From the NCBI RefSeq assembly GCF_009914755.1, contig NC_060925.1: a stretch of 64,000 nucleotides of DNA; one strand, 5' to 3'. Both the position numbers and the translations under genes were made by a program. Below are positions 57,521 to 64,000 of the stretch, in pieces. The stretch is from the human T2T-CHM13v2.0 reference genome, Homo sapiens. The notes under the pieces are model-generated. The model saw only the letters and a list, made by a program, of their open reading frames with translations. It made no database searches and was not told where the DNA came from. The first letter of the stretch is position 1; every line of letters starts with the position of its first letter.

Positions 57521-58967
57521 AAGGAACAAAGGAGATGGCAGGTCCCTTTGGGCATGTTAAGTTGAGATGTTTGTGGGAGTGCTAGGTGAAGATATACAGC
57601 AGGCATAGCATCAATCTCCTTTGATACTTAAACATCCCTCCAGTGGGGAGATGGCTTAGGTTATGGGCCTTTAAGGCTCAGAGGCTAAGTGGCCTGCTTA
57701 TTGTACTGAGGGTGGTCACATGAAGCTCAAAGAGTGATTAGAGCCACATCTTATGATTTATTATCTTGTGTTTTCCCATGGGCCAGGTTATTGGATTCAT
57801 CTTTCTAAACTTCCAATCTGCTTTTAGTCTCATGTTTGAACTAGGAAATACAGAGCAAAGCTACATGCAGGACTTGGTCTTGATTTTAGGAGCAACTCTT
57901 GCTGAGAACATGTCTGTTTGCAAGGAAAGTATCGTGTTGTCTTTCTACTGAAAACAGTCAGTGTTTCTCAAGGGCTTACCTGAGCCAAGACTCTTGGGGA
58001 AGAAAAATAGAAGATATGGTCTCTGTACTTCAGAAGTTTATTCTCCTATTTGGGAAGATAAGATGAACAATTAGAAGAGCAAACAAAACAAGATAGCTTA
58101 TAACTAAGTACTACATTATGTGGGTTAGATTTAAGTATAGTGGGCATTGCATTTTTGAATGTGCCAGTAATGTCAGAACTATAGCATAACCCTTCTTGTT
58201 GGTCACCTACAGACATCACTTTATTTGCTACAAGACCACTATCTTTTGTAGAATTGTCATCAAATACTATCTGATTATATTTTATTTTCATTTTCAATTG
58301 TTAGACATTAAATTTGTGGTCTGAAATTGCATTTGTGGCTTTTTATGTCTTATAGCTCAAAAAACAATAATGCTTCTAGAACTAGCAAATGTCAGAGCTG
58401 TGAGTTGAACCAGGTGGTCTGCCTATGGAACTGAGGCTGTTAACCAGTCTGCTCTGTTGCTTCTTGTGGCCCATCCAGAGTCTTTTACACTGATTATGGG
58501 CAGGTACACTCTCTGCCAGATGGTGAGAGATCCTTTGGCCCCAAATGAGTGGTGTGAGTTGGACTCTTCCAGCAGTGCGCTACCCATCTGTGGAAGCCAT
58601 CATCCAGTCACAGTCTGAACACCTCGTTCAGTCACCCACATATTCTTCGCTCTTGAATTGAACACCTGGTGTCAAGCAGAGGGCTCACTGCAGAGAGCAA
58701 AGGCAAATGAAACATCCCTGTCCTGGGAGCCTGCTGTAGTGGGGAAGAGGGAGGTGAATATGCAGTCTACATGGTTAACTAGAACTAGGAAAACTGGACA
58801 AAACTGGGCAAAATTAGGATATAAAAAGATAGGTAAATCTGAAGGTAGTTATGTAAATCATGATGAAACCTTAAGACAGGCTTGTTTTAGGTGAGATTCT
58901 AAGAATGAAGACAATGGAAAGAGAAAATGTCCCCTTTTATGACCATATTTCAGTTTAAGTAATAGTA

Positions 58968-59177
58968 CAGTTGACCCTTGAATTACGTTGATTTGAAGTG
59001 TGCAGGTCCATTTACACAGATTTTTTTCAACCAAATACGGATAGAAAATCAGTATTTGCAGGATGCAGAATTCTCATATGCCAGGCTTGGGGCTGACTGT
59101 GTGACTTGAGTAGGCATGGATTTTGGTATACACGAAGGTCCTGGAACTGATCTTCTGTGTATACTGAGGCATGACTA
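58968..59177. mobile_element. MER8 (Tigger2-derived) MITE
   Basis: TA-CAGTTGACCCTTGAA ... ATACTGAGGCATGACTA-TA. Confidence 0.7.
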
Positions 59178-59518
59178 TAATTCACTGTATGTTTTACTTA
59201 CCTGAGTTAGGTTCAAGCTCTTTCTTGGGTCTGCTGCTGTTAACCTCTATCCTTTGAGGTGTTAGATTGCTTCCATCATCTGTATAGCTAAAATGGGAGA
59301 CTGTCCACGTAGTATTTTCTCAAGTCTACCCTCTCCTGTCTTAAAGTTTCCTCCTCAATAGAATTAAGCACTAAAATTTTACCATCTTGTACTTGCTCTG
59401 TGTGTTTGTGTACTTGTAAGCACATTTTACAGTTCTAAACTAGAAATGGACTTTGCCTGGGAGTTTTATCATTGACATTCCTTGAAGAAAGAGAGAAATT
59501 ACATTGTATGTTTTCCAG

Positions 59519-59602
59519 ACCTACCAGCAGCTCAATGGCCTTCCCAAAGAAGAAACTTCAGGGTCTTGTGGCTGCAACCATCACGCCAATGACTGAGAAT
59601 GG
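59519..59602 (+). other. NPL: NPL exon 3 (84 nt: 16 nt of 5'UTR plus 68 nt of CDS)
   Basis: Acceptor TGTTTTCCAG| ends at 59518; donor GT at 59603. Further CAGCAG acceptors at 59525-59530. Confidence 0.85.
59535..59602 (+). CDS. NPL: NPL first coding exon portion (N-acetylneuraminate pyruvate lyase, DHDPS/NAL family); CDS continues beyond the window
   Basis: ATG GCC TTC CCA AAG AAG AAA CTT CAG GGT CTT GTG GCT GCA ACC ATC ACG CCA ATG ACT GAG AAT GG translates to MAFPKKKLQGLVAATITPMTEN(G), which I recognise as the human NPL N-terminus with the family G-x-x-x-A-x-x-TP motif. Donor GG|GTAACT at 59603, phase 2. Confidence 0.96.
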
Positions 59603-61917
59603 GTAACTATCATTTGGGGCCTTGAGGGGATCAGTTCTCATTCAACCAAAAAGGAGAGAAGTTCTTTGTAACAACAGTCACTTAAGACCCTGCACCTCTG
59701 TAGAACTGTTGCCAAAAGGCAGCTTCTGTCTGTCATCCCTCTGCACTGTCTCTGATCCCCAAGTCTGAGGAGGCATTATATCTCTGACCCCAAAGTCAGA
59801 GAAGCACTATATCACCTTGCAGAAAGGGAGAAGGTGAGAAATGGCAGCTTGCCTTTCTCCCAGTGTCTGTAGCACCACAGAGCAAATTCTCCTTGGATTT
59901 CACCACAGCCTTGGCCTTTCTAAACAGGGCCAGTAGCATTGGATGAGAATCCCATTTTAGCATAATTGGATATCAAGCACTGACCTAGGCCCTCTCAGGA
60001 TGCTGTCTCTGGACGTCAGCATGATTCCACTTCAGGCTGTTCATAGACTTGATAAAAATGTCCTACCCTGAGGAAAGTGGGAGGTTATCTGCAAGATGGA
60101 CTCTTTTTTCCTGTTTACAGCCTCATTTCAACATTGACTAGATGTTGGGCAGCGGGGGAAGGGAAGTAACAACAGTCCGTTGTTGACTAATCATTACCCC
60201 AAGCAAGTATTTTGACCTCCAGATGAATACAGTGGCAGTCCTTCTGCTAAAAAATCAGATAACAAAAAGGCCCTGTGACATAGGGAGCCATGCACTGTGT
60301 ATAACTCCTCCTTGAACATCACCCCTGACAAAAGAGAGTTCATCCACCTCCTGGATCTATATGTTTTTGACCTGTCAGAGGAGTCAGGCTGCCAAAAAGT
60401 TAGAATGCTGGCTTATTTAAGCTTCTCCTTTCTTTCTATGTAATATTATAATAATAATCATACCTACATAATGAATTATAAGCATTAAATGAGATAATTC
60501 ATACAACAGTGCTTGGCACAGGGTCAATACGCACTTAGGTCAAAAAGTTTGAACTGCCTTTATGTCATAAGGCAGAGGCAAAAGGAAGATGTATTTAGTA
60601 CACCTTTTACAAGGGACTTTCTTTTTGGTCTTCTGTTGCTGAATTTATAAACGTTCATCTTACCCTTTTAAAGGAGATGAAATTTCTCATGTCTTTTAGT
60701 ATTCTCCTTCAAAGTTGGCCATTTTGCAGTTCTACCTTAGAGACTCTCCAATGAGTCCAAGACTTCTGGCTTCTAAGATCCATGAAAAATCACGTCCTTA
60801 CTAGGTCTAAATAAGATTCTTGCTGATACGGCATTTAGATTACTCAGCTGGTTAATAATAATTTTTTTTCTGTTACTTCCCCTTTCCACAAGTTTTAAGA
60901 AAGACTGGCATCAGCTGTTTCTCAATGCATCAGTCACTTGTTCGCAGATCAAACAGAAGACATGTGATTGCATGAATCGGCAGGATTTACTTCCTGTTAC
61001 AGAGTGAGATCCTTTCTGTAATCTCCTAACACTGCATCTGGTCCATACTACTTTAACCTTTTAATAAGACCCCTCTTATCCTGGAAGTGGCTTCTTAAAA
61101 CAGTCTTGTTTGTTCATCAGGGACCCACGGACAATGTCAGTGTGTTCTTCCTCCCTGTTTTGCCGTTTTCCTGGAAGGCCAGATCCCATGATAGAGATAA
61201 CTAAAATGACTTTTTCTGGATCTTTTTCCGTTTCCCAAAAATCTGTGGTCCTGCTGCATCCATTTTACTATTTTCTCATCAATTCTGCGTTTTTCTTCTA
61301 GGAACCTTACTTTCCTAAGGTGTGAAATCAAAAAAAAAAAAAAAAAAAAGAATGCATTATGTGTAGGCTCTTTAAGAAATAAATAGTGTAGGTCAGTGTA
61401 TAGCACAGAGTAGGCATGTGAGCCATGTTAGTTCCCTTTTCTCCCACCACCTGCTTCATCAAACATTCCTGTAGGTATAAAGTAGCTTTGGAACACCCAC
61501 CAAGAACACGTAGGCTTTAATGTACTTACCCACAAGGGAATCTGCACTTCTGGCATGTTTCTAAGACATGAGATGGAAGGAAGGGGCACATGGAATCTAA
61601 TACCTGGAAATACTGCCAGGTGACCTGCCATTGTGGGAGTTCTCCTAACCTGGCATGTACATATACATATCCTCCATAATTCTGAGTGGCTGAACAAGGA
61701 CTATTTCCCTATATCCTTTTTTCTTCTCAATTCCAATGAAAGCTCAGTAACAATTCAGCTTTCTGCATATAAGTTGATGTCCTGGAGTAGGGTAGCTGGC
61801 AGAAAGAACATGGGTAAGTAGATCTTAGTGAAATGATGTGAGTCCTGGATCCCAAGCTTTGCCACTAGTTAGCTCTCCGACCCTGGGGAGATCTTGTCAC
61901 CTTTTGAGAGCTCTCTC

Positions 61918-62214
61918 GGCCGGGCACGGTGGCTCATGCCTGTGATCCTAGCACTTTGGGAGGCCGAGGTGGGCGGATCACAAGGTCAAGAGATCGAGAC
62001 CATCCTGGTCAACATGGTGAAACCGCCTCTCTACTAAAAATACAAAAATTAGCCTGGCGTGGTGGCGCACACCTGTAGTTCCAGCTACTTAAGAGGCTGA
62101 GGCAGGAGAATCGCTTGAACCTGGGATGCAGAGGTTGCGGTGAGCCAAGATCATTCCACTGCACTCTACCCTGGGCAACAGAGTGAGAATATGTCTCAAA
62201 AAAAAAAAAAAAAA
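61918..62214 (+). mobile_element. AluSc-like, NPL intron 3
   Basis: GGATCACAAGGTCAAGAGATCGAGACCATCCTGG; poly(A); TSD AGCTCT(C/T)TC. Confidence 0.93.
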
Positions 62215-62469
62215 GCTCTTTCATATTCTCCAAAGGAAGTTCAACCACATTATCTCTATGACCCTTTCCAACTCTTAAGAGTCTGCAGTCCTCTCATGTC
62301 ATTGGGGATATTGTGGGGATCACCATTAAATAAGAATGTATAAAGTACCTATAATTCCAGTCCATCGTCCACACTGTAGCTCAGTGAGCTTCCTAGTAAA
62401 TAAATCTGATCATGTCACTCTCCTCTTTAGGAATCTTGACTCTCTTTTGTCTAAGCCTTGCTACCCATC

Positions 62470-62615
62470 ATATGGCCCATGGACCAGTTGCTCCACCACC
62501 ATGGGAACTTGGTAGAAATGCACAAGCTCGGGCTGTATCATACTACAGATCAGTCCTGCATTTTAACAGTGTCCCAGATGATTCTTTAGCGCATTAAAGT
62601 CTGAGATGAGCCGGT
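62470..62615. mobile_element. MER5A-like, inside an L2 relic
   Basis: TGGGAACTTGGTAGAAATGCA..CTGCATTTTAACA..GATGATTCT..CATTAAAGTCTGAGA. Confidence 0.65.
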
Positions 62616-63334
62616 CTAAAGATTAAAGCCCAGACTCCCTGGGATGGCATAGGAAGTCCTCACAGTTTACCTTTCCTGCTTCATTTCTTTGTCACCATAC
62701 CTCTTCTGCCTTTCATGCCTTCACTCATTCTCTTTCCTCTGCCTTTTTCTACCACCATCTTCTTCTTTCTTGCTCCACTTGAACACTTCTACTCATCTAT
62801 CAAAACCATCCTTAGAAATTCTTCCCCAATTCTCTTAAAAGGAGTTAGATGACCCTTCTATAGCACCCTGTCCATACTCTTCCCCTGTGATCCCATAGCA
62901 CCCTTTTTGTATTGCATCAGAATTATTTGTTTATTATTACAATAACTTTTTGTTACTTGTCTATGTCTTCCAGCAGGCTTTGAGCTGCTTAGCCCTGTTC
63001 AATAGATATTGAATGCCAATAATATACAAGAACTGAGAAATTATCTTATTTATCTTATATCTTAAGCATGTGGCATAGTTGTGGTAGCTTTTGTTATTTT
63101 ATGAGTGAATATACTGCAGGAATTACTAGTGCTGATAGTCGAGAAAAAGGGAAGGAAGCAAACACTGATTGATGCTATGTCAGTCATCATGCAGGCATTT
63201 TCATTTACATGTTCCCACTTAATCTTGACAACAGCTATGTGAGGGAGCCATAGGTATCTCTGTCCTGGCAGTTGAAGAAACGGAGATCCTAAAGGCTAGC
63301 CCAGCTGCCCCAAGCCACACAGCTAGAAAGGTAG

Positions 63335-63751
<417 letters not shown>

Positions 63752-64000
63752 TAGACCAGAAAGTCCATTTCAGATCTAAAATGTCGAGAAAAAAGTTGTG
63801 TTTTTTCCCTCAAATGTTCTTGGCATCACCCTGGGGAATCTTCACAATACCCTCTGGTAAAAACAAAGCTGTTACCCCAGTGAGGAAAGGCCTGGCCTGC
63901 TAGAGTCAGACTGGCATAGATTATTGTCTTTTTAACAGTCTTTGGGAGACGAGGGGACCCAGACTCCCAGAACAGAACATTTTCCACCTCCAACAGGGTG

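Overview
Primate (almost certainly human) genomic DNA. About 54 kb is repeat-dense intergenic sequence, followed by the CpG-island promoter and first three exons of NPL (N-acetylneuraminate pyruvate lyase) on the + strand. The first coding exon (59535-59602) encodes MAFPKKKLQGLVAATITPMTENG and the gene continues past the window end. The upstream region holds a full-length minus-strand SVA (5740-7992), a three-deep nest of MaLR solo LTRs with both target-site duplications (TSDs) intact, an ERV1 LTR with two p53-consensus elements, a twin-primed L1, about 21 Alus, and many L1/L2/L3/MIR/DNA-transposon fossils. I found no new multi-gene system, and none of the ORF-track entries is a credible protein gene. 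The best candidate for an undescribed mechanism is in the NPL 5'UTR. A MIR-derived 55-nt exon carries an ATG in frame with the main ATG, and three in-frame acceptors of the next exon decide whether that ATG makes a 7-codon uORF (stop formed at the splice junction, TG|A) or a 9-10 aa N-terminal extension. Exon calls are inferred from splice motifs. Repeat subfamily names are by-eye recognitions and their boundaries are approximate.
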